Program-made: the position numbers and the translations under genes
Source: Rhodoferax sp.
GTDB lineage: Bacteria; Pseudomonadota; Gammaproteobacteria; Burkholderiales; Burkholderiaceae_C
Assembly (NCBI RefSeq): GCF_030685025.1
Contig: NZ_JAUXWC010000105.1
Length of the DNA: 64,000 bases
Direction: 5' to 3' (one strand)
Shown here: positions 22,300 through 31,807 of the stretch, in pieces
Layout of the letters: every line of letters starts with the position of its first letter
Position numbering within the stretch: the first letter of the stretch is position 1
Notes under the pieces: generated by a model
What the model saw: only the letters and a program-made list of their open reading frames with translations
The model's database searches: none
What the model was told of the DNA's origin: nothing

Positions 22300-22743
22300 T
22301 CAGTACAAGCCGAACAGCTTGGCGCCAAGCACGGCCGTCAGGCCAAAGGTGAGCGTCAGTGTCAGCAAGGCTGATTTCGATCCCGATTCCTTGCTGGCGG
22401 AGTGCGTGGTTTCCATCCAGACGTTGCGCAAACCGGCGAAGAAGTGGTGAAGGTAGGACCAGATCAACCCCAGGACGAGCAGTTTCATGAACCATCCTGG
22501 AACAAAGCCTAGACCGGCATTAAAGGCAGAGGTAAACCGGGCAAACGAAATCTCCGAACTGATCGACGTGTCAAACATCCAGATGATGAAGGGCATCAGC
22601 AGGATCATGATGAGGCCGCTGATCCGGTGCATCCCCGAGACGAGGGAGGCCAGCGGCCAGCGGTAGCTTGGAAGGTCCTTGAACGCGTTGATGTTGCGGA
22701 ACTCGGGCCGCTTGGGCCTACTGGAGGTCGATAGCTCGGTCAT
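22300..22743 (-). CDS. sdhC: succinate dehydrogenase cytochrome b556 subunit
   Basis: 147 aa with an MHRISGLIM heme-ligand region. It is the first gene of sdhCDAB. Confidence 0.85.
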   Translation of the reverse strand: MTELSTSSRPKRPEFRNINAFKDLPSYRWPLASLVSGMHRISGLIMILLMPFIIWMFDTSISSEISFARFTSAFNAGLGFVPGWFMKLLVLGLIWSYLHHFFAGLRNVWMETTHSASKESGSKSALLTLTLTFGLTAVLGAKLFGLY

Positions 22744-22884
22744 ATCAAGGCTTTCATGGTGTAACGGCTTTGTAATTGTTCAGGACGGCCAAGGCAAAAT
22801 TCTATTGCAACGCAGCAAGCTGACGCGGGAGTTTCAGAAACCAACACGGGGAACCTTGCGCTGCATCATGCTTGCGAGGTTGAT

Positions 22885-23688
22885 TTAGCTCAACTCATTA
22901 CGATAGTAGTGCGTATCGGTTACATACAGTCCACGGCGCAATTCCATGGGGAGGTCGTTGTAAGTAAAGGCGATGCGCTCAACGCTGAGCAGGGGGGTAT
23001 TCGGCGCGATTTTCAGTAGCGCACACTGAACCTCGTCGGGCAGGACGGCGCGAAGCTTTTCTTGAGCGCGAACCATCCGGACTCCGAATTCGGTCTCAAA
23101 CAGCGCGTACATCGGGCCGAGGTAATCCGACAGGCGCTCAGCGGTGAGACCCTTGAACGGGCCACCCGGCAGCCACAGATCTTCGAGAATGGTAGGTGTT
23201 TCGGAAAACGACAGAACCCTGCGTACCTGCAGCACCGCATCGCCGGTTCGCAGGTTCAGCGCGCGTGCCACCTCTGCGGAAGCCCGCTGGCGCTTGCAGT
23301 CGATGATTTGCCGTTGTGCGGGACCCTCACGACTGGCGTCTCCATGGTCCGGAAATAGCTTGAGAAAGCGATATTGCACCTGACGCTCTGCGTGGGTCGC
23401 GACGAACGTGCCTTTGCCTTGGCGACGCACCACCAGGTTCTCGGCCGCCAGTTCATCAATGGCCTTGCGAACCGTGCCCTGGCTGACGCGATAACGCACG
23501 GCCAACTCCATCTCACTGGGAATCGCTTCACCCGGCTTCCATTCGCTGGCTTGCAGGCTGTTCATGATCAGCCCTTTGATTTGCTGGTACAGCGGGCTGA
23601 ATGCGGGGGTTGCGGCCCCGTTGGCCAGCATGGTCTCCGCCGCATTGCCGGGGGTATGGTCAGCAGGGGAGTTGGGCGTAGGCGGCAT
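22885..23688 (-). CDS. GntR-family transcriptional regulator (HutC/UTRA type)
   Basis: 267-aa ORF. Winged-helix region (PSEMELAVRYRVSQGTVRKAIDEL) followed by a UTRA-like C-terminal half. The exact start is uncertain. Confidence 0.8.
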   Translation of the reverse strand: MPPTPNSPADHTPGNAAETMLANGAATPAFSPLYQQIKGLIMNSLQASEWKPGEAIPSEMELAVRYRVSQGTVRKAIDELAAENLVVRRQGKGTFVATHAERQVQYRFLKLFPDHGDASREGPAQRQIIDCKRQRASAEVARALNLRTGDAVLQVRRVLSFSETPTILEDLWLPGGPFKGLTAERLSDYLGPMYALFETEFGVRMVRAQEKLRAVLPDEVQCALLKIAPNTPLLSVERIAFTYNDLPMELRRGLYVTDTHYYRNELS

Positions 23689-23732
23689 GATTTGTGGACT
23701 CCCACACAGGCTTGGGGAATGGTTGAATCATA

Positions 23733-23744
23733 TCTTATATAAGA
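23733..23744. promoter_or_regulatory. perfect 12-bp palindrome TCTTATATAAGA, candidate operator in the gntR/mdh divergent region
   Basis: Read directly from the sequence. It is followed by the direct repeat ATAAGAC ATAAGAC. The region is AT-rich and lies between divergent genes. Confidence 0.3.
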
Positions 23745-23867
23745 CATAAGACAAATTGACGACTCAGGGTTTTCCAGAGTAAAATTAATGAACTTAGCGA
23801 GTCACGGTCAAAGTCAAATTTGACGGGCTTTCAAACACGTTTCAACACCCTTTCTGGAGCCTCCACC

Positions 23868-24854
23868 ATGAGCAAAAAGCCCGTCCGCGTTGCCGTCACC
23901 GGCGCAGCTGGTCAAATTGGTTACGCCTTGCTGTTTCGCATCGCCTCTGGCGAAATGCTGGGCAAGGACCAACCCGTCATCCTGCAGTTGCTTGAGATCC
24001 CCGATGAGAAAGCGCAGAAGGGCCTCAAGGGGGTGATGATGGAACTGGAAGACTGCGCGTTCCCGTTGCTGGCCGGCATGGAGGCCCATTCCGATGCCAT
24101 GACGGCGTTCAAGGACACGGATTACGCGCTGCTGGTGGGTTCCCGACCACGCGGCCCTGGCATGGAGCGCGCCGAGTTGCTGTCAATCAATGGTCAGATT
24201 TTCACCGCTCAGGGCAAGGCCCTGAACGCCGTGGCCAGTCGCGATGTCAAGGTGCTGGTGGTCGGCAATCCCGCCAACACCAATGCCTACATTGCCATGA
24301 AGAGTGCGCCTGACCTCAAGCGTGGCAGCTTCACCGCCATGCTGCGCCTGGATCACAATCGCGCCGCCAGCCAGATCGCCGCCAAGACTGGAAAACCCGT
24401 GGCCGACATCCAGAAGCTGTGCGTCTGGGGTAACCACTCGCCCACGATGTACGCCGACTACCGCTTCGCGACCATCGACGGCGCCAGCGTCAAGGACATG
24501 ATCAACGACCAGGACTGGAATGCCAACGTGTTCCTGCCTACCGTGGGCAAACGCGGTGCAGCCATCATCGAGGCGCGTGGCCTGTCATCCGCCGCGTCGG
24601 CCGCCAATGCCGCCATCGATCACATGCGCGACTGGGCCCTGGGCACTAACGGCAAGTGGGTCACCATGGGCATCCCCTCGGATGGTTGGTACGGCATTCC
24701 CAAGGACACCATGTTTGGCTTCCCCGTGGTCTGCGAAGGTGGCCACTACAAGGTGGTTGAAGGCTTGGCGATCGACGAGTTCAGCCAGACCTGCATCAAC
24801 AAGACGCTTAAAGAGCTGCAGGACGAGCAAGCAGGCGTTGCCCATTTGCTGTAA
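23868..24854 (+). CDS. mdh: malate dehydrogenase
   Basis: ATG at 23868 ([26 protein letters not shown]) with GGAG upstream. 328 aa. Confidence 0.95.
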   Translation: MSKKPVRVAVTGAAGQIGYALLFRIASGEMLGKDQPVILQLLEIPDEKAQKGLKGVMMELEDCAFPLLAGMEAHSDAMTAFKDTDYALLVGSRPRGPGMERAELLSINGQIFTAQGKALNAVASRDVKVLVVGNPANTNAYIAMKSAPDLKRGSFTAMLRLDHNRAASQIAAKTGKPVADIQKLCVWGNHSPTMYADYRFATIDGASVKDMINDQDWNANVFLPTVGKRGAAIIEARGLSSAASAANAAIDHMRDWALGTNGKWVTMGIPSDGWYGIPKDTMFGFPVVCEGGHYKVVEGLAIDEFSQTCINKTLKELQDEQAGVAHLL

Positions 24855-24872
24855 GCGACAGAGGTGATGAGC

Positions 24873-25028
24873 GCCGCCGGGCCGCCCCAAGGCGCGAAGG
24901 CCCCCGTGGGGGGCAGCGCCGCACATGCAATGGCAAGCGTGGGGGCGCAATCTTTTGCCGCCGGGCCGCCCCAAGGCGCGAAGGCCCCCGTGGGGGGCAG
25001 CGCCGCACATGCAATGGCAAGCGTGGGG
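24873..25028 (+). repeat. tandem pair (period 84 bp) of the REP-like element
   Basis: Units start at 24873 and 24957. Both read GCCGCCGGGCCGCCCCAAGGCGCGAAGGCCCCCGTGGGGGGCAGCGCCGCACATGCAATGGCAAGCGTGGGG. The blocks are shared with the pair at 8942-9104. Confidence 0.85.
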
Positions 25029-25031
25029 CGC

Positions 25032-26102
25032 GTGACCCATCCGCGAGAGGTGCTCTTGGGCGCCCAAGCGGTCGCGGCGTTTCTGCCGGTCTGCGACCAT
25101 TACAGCGGTGTCGAGTTGCTGATGCGCAAAAGCTTGGCCCTTCAGGCCGAGTTGTCCGAGGAGTTTGGCGCCTGTGTGTTCGACGTCACGCTGGACTGCG
25201 AGGATGGTGCACCGGTTGGCGGCGAGGCAGAACACGCGCAGATGGTCGCTGAGTTGGCGCTGCAGGCGAGGCGTGCCAGCATGATGGCGTCAGGCCTGCC
25301 GTCTCCGCGCATTGCCGTTCGGGTGCACCCGGTGGATCATCCGGCATTCGAGCAGGACATCGCAATTCTGCTCGGACGGGCAGGTTCCGCCTTGTGCCAT
25401 GTGATGATTCCCAAAGTCGAAACCGTGGCCGACGTAGTGCGCGCCGCCTGGTCCATTGACCAGGCGCTAGGGCCCGGTCACGGTGCCGCGTTCATTCCCC
25501 TGCATGCGTTGATTGAATCCGCGGCAGCGGTGCATCGTGCCTTTGATATCGCCGCGCATCCACGCATTCAGTCACTCAGTTTTGGTTTGATGGATTTTGT
25601 GTCGTCGCATGGCGGGGCGATTGCCTCCAGTGCGATGCGTTTTGATCCACTGAGTGGGCACTCGACCCTTGATCAGTTTCATCACCCGTTGGTGGTGCGT
25701 GCCAAGCTGGAGATTGCTTCTGCTTGCCACGCCCATGGCAAAGTGCCGTCTCATTGTGTGGTCACCGAGCTGGGTGATCCTGGCGTGATCGGCGCCGCCG
25801 CTGGTCAGGCGCGGAACTTCGGCTACGCCCGCATGTGGAGCATTCACCCGGCTCAGATACGCGGCATTGTCGCGGCGTTGGCGCCGGCTCCGCACGAGAT
25901 CGACACGGCTGCCCGAGTGGTGACGGCCGGTGCGGCGCAGCAGTGGGCTCCGGTTGCGGTTGATGGGCGACTGCATGACCGCGCCAGTTACCGGTACTTT
26001 TGGCAGGTACTAGAGCGCGCGCATAAGACCGGGTGCAAACTACCGGGCAGCGTGGACGAGTTCTTCGCTGATTCACAACACAGTCTTGGAGTAGCCCTAT
26101 GA
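25032..26102 (+). CDS. HpcH/HpaI aldolase / citrate lyase beta (CitE)-like family protein
   Basis: DVTLDCEDGAP matches the CitE-type DLED motif. The ORF is open from 24864, but its first about 55 codons are repeat-encoded. GTG 25032 or ATG 25122 are more plausible starts, so the start is uncertain. Confidence 0.7.
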   Translation: MTHPREVLLGAQAVAAFLPVCDHYSGVELLMRKSLALQAELSEEFGACVFDVTLDCEDGAPVGGEAEHAQMVAELALQARRASMMASGLPSPRIAVRVHPVDHPAFEQDIAILLGRAGSALCHVMIPKVETVADVVRAAWSIDQALGPGHGAAFIPLHALIESAAAVHRAFDIAAHPRIQSLSFGLMDFVSSHGGAIASSAMRFDPLSGHSTLDQFHHPLVVRAKLEIASACHAHGKVPSHCVVTELGDPGVIGAAAGQARNFGYARMWSIHPAQIRGIVAALAPAPHEIDTAARVVTAGAAQQWAPVAVDGRLHDRASYRYFWQVLERAHKTGCKLPGSVDEFFADSQHSLGVAL

Positions 26103-26647
26103 AGATCCAGCTCGCAGCGTTTCTGTTGATTGTTGCAGCGCAGTTTGTCTCGGCACAGACGGCCGTCAAACCGTCGAAGAGCCGGCAGGAATTGAAGTCA
26201 CAGGCCAACCAGATGGCGGCGGGCGTGCGTGCCGCGGAAGCGGCTTTGTCGCCTGCTGAACTTGATATTGCGCGGCGCGTGCAGGTCGGTCGGCTGCCGT
26301 GTGAACTCGGCACGTCCGTGACATTGGCGGCCGACCCCCGGGCGCCAGGTTACTTCGACGTCACGGTGCGCAACCTCAAGTTCCGCATGTTCCCGGTGGA
26401 AACCACAACCGGCGCGATTCGGCTGGAAGATCGCAAGGCCGGCGCACTCTGGTTGCAGTTGGCGAACAAATCGATGTTGATGAATCAGAAACTGGGTCAA
26501 CGCTTGGCGGACGGCTGCGTCAGCGCTGATCAGGCCGTTGTGGCCGAGTCCTTGAATCGCAATCCGGCGCCCAGCGTTCTGGATGCCCAACCGGCCAACG
26601 CGGCGGCGACTGCGGCGAGCCAGGCAGTTGGGTCGACTGCGAAGTAA
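26099..26647 (+). CDS. secreted hypothetical protein (182 aa)
   Basis: ATGA overlap with the preceding stop. Clear signal peptide MKIQLAAFLLIVAAQFVSAQTA. I do not recognise a family. Confidence 0.6.
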   Translation: MKIQLAAFLLIVAAQFVSAQTAVKPSKSRQELKSQANQMAAGVRAAEAALSPAELDIARRVQVGRLPCELGTSVTLAADPRAPGYFDVTVRNLKFRMFPVETTTGAIRLEDRKAGALWLQLANKSMLMNQKLGQRLADGCVSADQAVVAESLNRNPAPSVLDAQPANAAATAASQAVGSTAK

Positions 26648-26709
26648 GTAGTTTCGTCGACGCTGCAATCGGGGTGTCGACGCCGTTTTTTGAAATGAAG
26701 GAGTCTTTC

Positions 26710-29295
26710 ATGTTGCAAGCCTACCGTGCCCATGTGGCTGAACGCGCCGCCCTCGGCATTCCCCCATTACCGCTGACTGCGAAACAGACAAGTGAACTGA
26801 TCGAATTACTCAAGGCCCCGCCTGCGGGCGAAGAGCAGGTTTTGGTGGAGTTGATCACCCATCGTGTGCCCGCCGGTGTGGACGACGCGGCCAAAGTCAA
26901 GGCATCCTACTTGGCTGCCGTGGCGCATGGAAGCGAGAAGTGCCTATTGCTCAGTCGCGAGAAGGCCACCGAATTGCTGGGTACCATGCTCGGGGGCTAC
27001 AACATCAGTCCGATGGTTGATTTGCTTGATGACGCGCTGGTGGGTAGCATTGCGGCCAATGGGCTGAAGAAGACTCTGTTGATATTCGATCAGTTTCATG
27101 ACGTCAAGGAAAAGGCTGACAAGGGCAACGCCAATGCCCGGGCCGTGCTGCAAAGCTGGGCCGACGCTGAGTGGTTCACCAGCCGGCCAGAGGTGCCGCA
27201 GAGCATTGCCGTCAGCATCTTCAAGGTGGCGGGCGAGATCAACACCGACGACCTGTCACCGGCGCCGGACGCTTGGAGCCGGCCCGACATCCCCTTGCAC
27301 GCGCTGGCCATGCACAAGAACGCGCGGCCGGGGCTGACGCCTGAAGAGGATGGCAAGCGCGGCCCGGTCAAGTTCATCGAGGACTTGCGCGCGCGCGGCA
27401 ATCTGGTGGCCTACGTGGGAGACGTCGTGGGAACCGGATCTAGCCGCAAGTCGGCGACCAACTCGGTGCTCTGGTTCACCGGCGAGGATATCCCGTTCGT
27501 CCCCAACAAGCGTTTTGGGGGCGTTTGTCTGGGCGGCAAGATCGCACCCATTTTCTATAACACCATGGAAGACTCGGGCGCCTTGCCGATTGAGCTCGAT
27601 GTCAGCCAGATGGCCATGGGCGACGTGGTCGAACTGCGTCCGTACGAGGGCAAGGCGCTCAAGGATGGCAAGGTCATCGCCGAGTTCAAGGTCAAGAGTG
27701 ACGTGTTGTTTGACGAGGTGCGTGCGGGTGGGCGCATTCCACTCATCATCGGTCGTGGCCTGACGGCCAAGGCACGCGAGGCGCTCGGCCTGCCGGCGTC
27801 GACCCTGTTCCGCCTGCCGGTCAACCCTGCCGATACCGGCAAGGGATTCACCCTCGCCCAGAAGATGGTCGGGCGTGCTTGTGGCTTGCCAGAGGGCAAG
27901 GGCGTGCGCCCGGGCACCTACTGCGAACCCAAGATGACCAGCGTCGGCTCGCAGGACACCACCGGGCCGATGACCCGCGATGAGCTCAAAGACCTCGCTT
28001 GCTTGGGCTTCAGCGCCGACCTCGTGATGCAATCGTTTTGCCATACGGCGGCTTACCCCAAGCCGGTCGATGTCAAGATGCACCATGAGTTGCCGGATTT
28101 CATCAGCACGCGCGGCGGTGTCAGTCTGCGCCCGGGCGACGGCATCATTCACAGTTGGCTCAATCGCATGCTGTTGCCGGACACCGTGGGCACCGGCGGC
28201 GATAGCCACACGCGCTTTCCGATCGGCATCAGTTTCCCGGCCGGCTCTGGCCTGGTGGCGTTTGGTGCGGCCACCGGCGTCATGCCGCTGGACATGCCCG
28301 AGAGCGTGCTGGTGCGCTTCAAAGGGCAGTTGCAGCCGGGCGTGACCCTGCGAGATCTGGTCAATGCCATTCCCTTGTATGCCATTCGGGCAGGCTTGTT
28401 GACGGTGTCCAAGCAGGGCAAGAAGAACATCTTCTCGGGGCGGATTCTGGAGATCGAGGGCCTGCCCGATCTGAAGGTTGAGCAAGCGTTCGAGTTGAGC
28501 GACGCGTCGGCGGAGCGTTCGGCGGCAGGTTGCACGGTGCACCTGGATAAGGCGCCCATCATGGAGTACATCAACAGCAACATCACCATGCTCAAGTGGA
28601 TGATTTCCACCGGGTATGCCGACGCGCGAACCATCGGGCGGCGCATCCAGGCGATGCAAGCCTGGCTGGCCGATCCCCAGTTGTTGAAGGCCGACGCGGA
28701 TGCCGAGTATGCGGCGGTGATCGACATTGATCTGGCCGATGTGCATGAGCCGATCGTGGCCTGCCCAAATGACCCCGACGATGTGAAGACACTGGGTGAT
28801 GTGGCCGGCGCCAAGATCGATGAGGTGTTCATTGGCAGTTGCATGACCAACATCGGTCACTTCCGCGCCGCGTCCAAGCTGTTGGAAGACAAGCGCGACA
28901 TTCCGGTCAAGTTGTGGATGGCGCCACCAACCAAAATGGATGCCAAGCAGCTCAGCGATGAGGGCCACTACGGTGTCTTGGGCGCGGCTGGCGCGCGCAT
29001 GGAAATGCCCGGCTGCAGCCTGTGCATGGGCAACCAGGCGCAGGTGAAGGAAGGCGCTACGGTGATGTCCACCAGCACGCGTAACTTCCCCAACCGCTTG
29101 GGCAAGAACAGCAATGTGTACCTCGGCAGCGCTGAGCTCGCGGCGATTTGCGCCAAGCTGGGCCGGATTCCGACCAAAGCGGAGTACATGACCGACATGG
29201 GTGTACTCACGGCGGCCAGCAGCAAGGTGTACCAATACTTGAACTTCGACCAGATCAAGGACTACACCGATCAGGCCGACAGGGTGACGGCCTGA
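26710..29295 (+). CDS. acnB: bifunctional aconitate hydratase 2 / 2-methylisocitrate dehydratase
   Basis: ATG at 26710 after AAGGAG. AcnB N-terminal HEAT-like domain (MLQAYRAHVAERAALGIPPLPL) and Fe-S ligand regions (GSCMTN, CSLCMGNQA). Confidence 0.95.
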   Translation: MLQAYRAHVAERAALGIPPLPLTAKQTSELIELLKAPPAGEEQVLVELITHRVPAGVDDAAKVKASYLAAVAHGSEKCLLLSREKATELLGTMLGGYNISPMVDLLDDALVGSIAANGLKKTLLIFDQFHDVKEKADKGNANARAVLQSWADAEWFTSRPEVPQSIAVSIFKVAGEINTDDLSPAPDAWSRPDIPLHALAMHKNARPGLTPEEDGKRGPVKFIEDLRARGNLVAYVGDVVGTGSSRKSATNSVLWFTGEDIPFVPNKRFGGVCLGGKIAPIFYNTMEDSGALPIELDVSQMAMGDVVELRPYEGKALKDGKVIAEFKVKSDVLFDEVRAGGRIPLIIGRGLTAKAREALGLPASTLFRLPVNPADTGKGFTLAQKMVGRACGLPEGKGVRPGTYCEPKMTSVGSQDTTGPMTRDELKDLACLGFSADLVMQSFCHTAAYPKPVDVKMHHELPDFISTRGGVSLRPGDGIIHSWLNRMLLPDTVGTGGDSHTRFPIGISFPAGSGLVAFGAATGVMPLDMPESVLVRFKGQLQPGVTLRDLVNAIPLYAIRAGLLTVSKQGKKNIFSGRILEIEGLPDLKVEQAFELSDASAERSAAGCTVHLDKAPIMEYINSNITMLKWMISTGYADARTIGRRIQAMQAWLADPQLLKADADAEYAAVIDIDLADVHEPIVACPNDPDDVKTLGDVAGAKIDEVFIGSCMTNIGHFRAASKLLEDKRDIPVKLWMAPPTKMDAKQLSDEGHYGVLGAAGARMEMPGCSLCMGNQAQVKEGATVMSTSTRNFPNRLGKNSNVYLGSAELAAICAKLGRIPTKAEYMTDMGVLTAASSKVYQYLNFDQIKDYTDQADRVTA

Positions 29296-29341
29296 TGCCA
29301 AACAGGCGGTGACGACCTCGGTCGCATCGCCAACCCGAAAA

Positions 29342-29377
29342 GCCCCTCGGTTCTGATTGAGGGGCCTTTCTGCTGTT
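29342..29377 (+). terminator. probable rho-independent terminator after acnB
   Basis: GCCCCTC / GAGGGGC stem with a 10-nt loop, followed by the T-rich CTTTCTGCTGTT. It lies about 47 nt after the acnB stop. Confidence 0.5.
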
Positions 29378-29555
29378 CGGGATTCCCCTGGCGCCTCTTG
29401 AGCACACTACTTGATAGGCCAATGGGTCATTTCGGACCAGGCGCACCGATCTACCTTCTTTTGCGTGGACCTGGGGCTGCCGGCGGCACCGGCCCGGTTA
29501 AACTTTGCGCAGTTCAAAAACCGTCATCGTCCTGACCCATTCCCATAAGCAAGCC

Positions 29556-29816
29556 ATGTTCTTTGGCAAGCTGTTGCCGCGTGAAGGCAATTTCTTCGAG
29601 ATGTTCAACCAGCATGCTGACCGCATCGTCGAGGCGGCACATGCTTTTGCCAAGCTGGTGGAGAACTACGCCGACCCGCACCTGCGCGACAAGTACAACC
29701 AGGAAGTGGACAACGCCGAGCGCGCCGCGGACAGGGTGACCCATGAGGTCAACAAAGCCATCCACATCACGTTCGGGCAATGCAGACAACTCAGGTCGCA
29801 CTGTGGGTGGTTGTGA
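29556..29816 (+). pseudogene. truncated DUF47 (PhoU-like Pit accessory protein) gene
   Basis: The sequence from MFFGKLLPREGNFFEMFNQHADRIVEAA to HEVNKAIHITF matches the first about 80 residues of the roughly 210-aa DUF47 family. The frame then runs out of frame straight into the pit start codon and stops 36 nt inside pit. Confidence 0.65.
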
Positions 29817-30790
29817 CGCTGGTGGCCTTGGCGCTGGCGTTTGACTTCATGAATGGTTTTCATGACGCCGCCAATTCAATTGCCACCGTCGTCTCCACCG
29901 GTGTGCTCAAGCCGGGTCAGGCGGTGCTGTTCGCCGCCGTTTTTAACTTTGCTGCGATATTCGTTTTTCAACTCACCGTCGCCGCCACCGTGGGAAAGGG
30001 GTTGGCGCAGCCCGGCGTGGTCGATGTCCATGTGGTTTTTGGCGCCCTGATTGGGGCCATCAGTTGGAATTTCATCACCTGGTACTACGGAATTCCCAGC
30101 AGTTCGTCACACGCCCTGATTGGCGGCATCGTCGGAGCCGTCATAGCCAAGGCGGGTGCCTCGGCGCTGATGTCTGCCAGTTTGATGAAGACCGTGGTCT
30201 TCATCTTGGTTTCGCCAACCTTGGGATTCTTGTTGGGTTCGCTCATGCTGATCGCCGTCTCCTGGGGGCTGCGGCGCAGCACACCCAGCCGTGTCGACCG
30301 GTGGTTTCGGCGCCTACAACTGGTGTCAGCCGGTGCCTACAGCCTGGGGCATGGTGGCAACGATGCACAAAAGACCATCGGTATTGTCTGGATGCTGTTG
30401 ATTGCGACCGGTTACACCGCCGCGGGGGACAAGGCGCCTCCGTACTGGGTGGTGGTGAGCTGTTACGCCGCAATTGCCTGCGGCACCATGTTTGGTGGCT
30501 GGCGAATTGTGAAGACCATGGGTCAACGCCTGACCAAGCTCAAGCCAGTGCACGGGTTTTGCGCCGAGACCGGTGGTGCGATCACGCTGTTCATGGCGGC
30601 CATACTGGGCATTCCGGTTTCCACCACGCACACCATCACTGGCGCGATCGTCGGCGTGGGAGCCACCCAGCGTGCCAGTGCCGTGCGTTGGGGCGTGGCG
30701 GGCAATATCGTCTGGGCATGGATATTCACGATTCCCGCCAGCGCCTTTGTCGCGGCGGTGGCGTACTGGGTCAGCCTGCAGTTATTCTGA
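29780..30790 (+). CDS. pitA: inorganic phosphate transporter, PiT family
   Basis: 336 aa, multi-TM, with the signature FDFMNGFHDAANSIATVVST and a second GNDAQKTIG repeat. Confidence 0.9.
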   Translation: MQTTQVALWVVVTLVALALAFDFMNGFHDAANSIATVVSTGVLKPGQAVLFAAVFNFAAIFVFQLTVAATVGKGLAQPGVVDVHVVFGALIGAISWNFITWYYGIPSSSSHALIGGIVGAVIAKAGASALMSASLMKTVVFILVSPTLGFLLGSLMLIAVSWGLRRSTPSRVDRWFRRLQLVSAGAYSLGHGGNDAQKTIGIVWMLLIATGYTAAGDKAPPYWVVVSCYAAIACGTMFGGWRIVKTMGQRLTKLKPVHGFCAETGGAITLFMAAILGIPVSTTHTITGAIVGVGATQRASAVRWGVAGNIVWAWIFTIPASAFVAAVAYWVSLQLF

Positions 30791-30814
30791 CAGTCGTGCT
30801 CGCAGTACCGTCGG

Positions 30815-31264
30815 TCACTGCGAAATCTTGCGGGCCTCCTCGATCTGGTGCTCAAAGTAGTGCTGGAAGCTGAACACGATGCTGCTGATCAGCACCGTCG
30901 AGCCGACCAACAGCGACAGCACCACCGCGCCGATCGTCAGCCAGTTCGTATGGCCCGAAGCATGATCGGGCGCTTCCTGCGGGTTGAAGCGAGTGTTCCA
31001 TGGCTGCGGTGCCATCAGGCCGTACACAATGGCGTTGATGGCGCAGCCCGCGACGGTGAAACCCAGCAGCGGGATGAGCAGCCAACTCAGCGCGTCGTCC
31101 AGCCCCAAGTCCCTCGCGCGTTGCACGCCATACAGTCCGAGCAGCGTGGGCAGTGGCAGTAACCAGCCCAATCGGTCCGTGAAACCGTACAGGTAGAAGC
31201 GGTGCAGTCCCAAGGGACCCGCGAGGAGGGCCAACCACGCGGCCAGGGTCTTGTTCTTTGCCAT
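30815..31264 (-). CDS. TM2 domain-containing membrane protein
   Basis: ATG at 31264 (MAKNKTLAAWLALLAGPLGLHRFYLYG). GxxGxHRFY is the TM2-domain hallmark. Confidence 0.65.
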   Translation of the reverse strand: MAKNKTLAAWLALLAGPLGLHRFYLYGFTDRLGWLLPLPTLLGLYGVQRARDLGLDDALSWLLIPLLGFTVAGCAINAIVYGLMAPQPWNTRFNPQEAPDHASGHTNWLTIGAVVLSLLVGSTVLISSIVFSFQHYFEHQIEEARKISQ

Positions 31265-31269
31265 TGGAT

Positions 31270-31794
31270 TCACTCGCATGCCGGGCGACTGTCGCCCGCG
31301 CCCAGGGCTTTGTCCATCAACACCACGTCGCGCCACTGGTTGAACTTCCAGCCGCAGGATTTGAGCACGCCGGCATGTGCAAAGCCGAGCGATTGGTGAA
31401 CCCGGATCGAGCCCAGGTTGGCCGAGTCCCCGATGACCGCAATGAGTTTGCGCACACCCGCTCGTTCGGCTTGCGCAGCCAGTTCAGCCAACAGCGCCCG
31501 CCCGCAACCACGACCCAGCGCGGAGGGCGCCATGTAGATTGAGTCCTCGGCTGAGAAGCGATAGGCCGGACGCGGCTTGAACCAGGTGCAGTAGGCATAA
31601 CCGATGACCTGATCACCTTCGCAGGCCACCAGGTACGGCAGGCCCTTGGCCAGCACATCGGCCCGTCGTGTGGCCATGTCGTCCTGGCTGGGCGGGTCAA
31701 GCTCAAAAGTGCCTGTTCCATGCAACACGTGGTGGGTGTAGATGGCCGTGATAGTTGGAAGATCGCTGGCTTGGCTGGGTCGAATGATAGGCAT
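31270..31794 (-). CDS. GNAT family N-acetyltransferase (phosphinothricin acetyltransferase-like)
   Basis: 174 aa. Has YTHHVLHGTGTFELDPP and the acetyl-CoA pocket RGCGRALL. Confidence 0.8.
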   Translation of the reverse strand: MPIIRPSQASDLPTITAIYTHHVLHGTGTFELDPPSQDDMATRRADVLAKGLPYLVACEGDQVIGYAYCTWFKPRPAYRFSAEDSIYMAPSALGRGCGRALLAELAAQAERAGVRKLIAVIGDSANLGSIRVHQSLGFAHAGVLKSCGWKFNQWRDVVLMDKALGAGDSRPACE

Positions 31795-31807
31795 AAATAT
31801 TGAAAAG

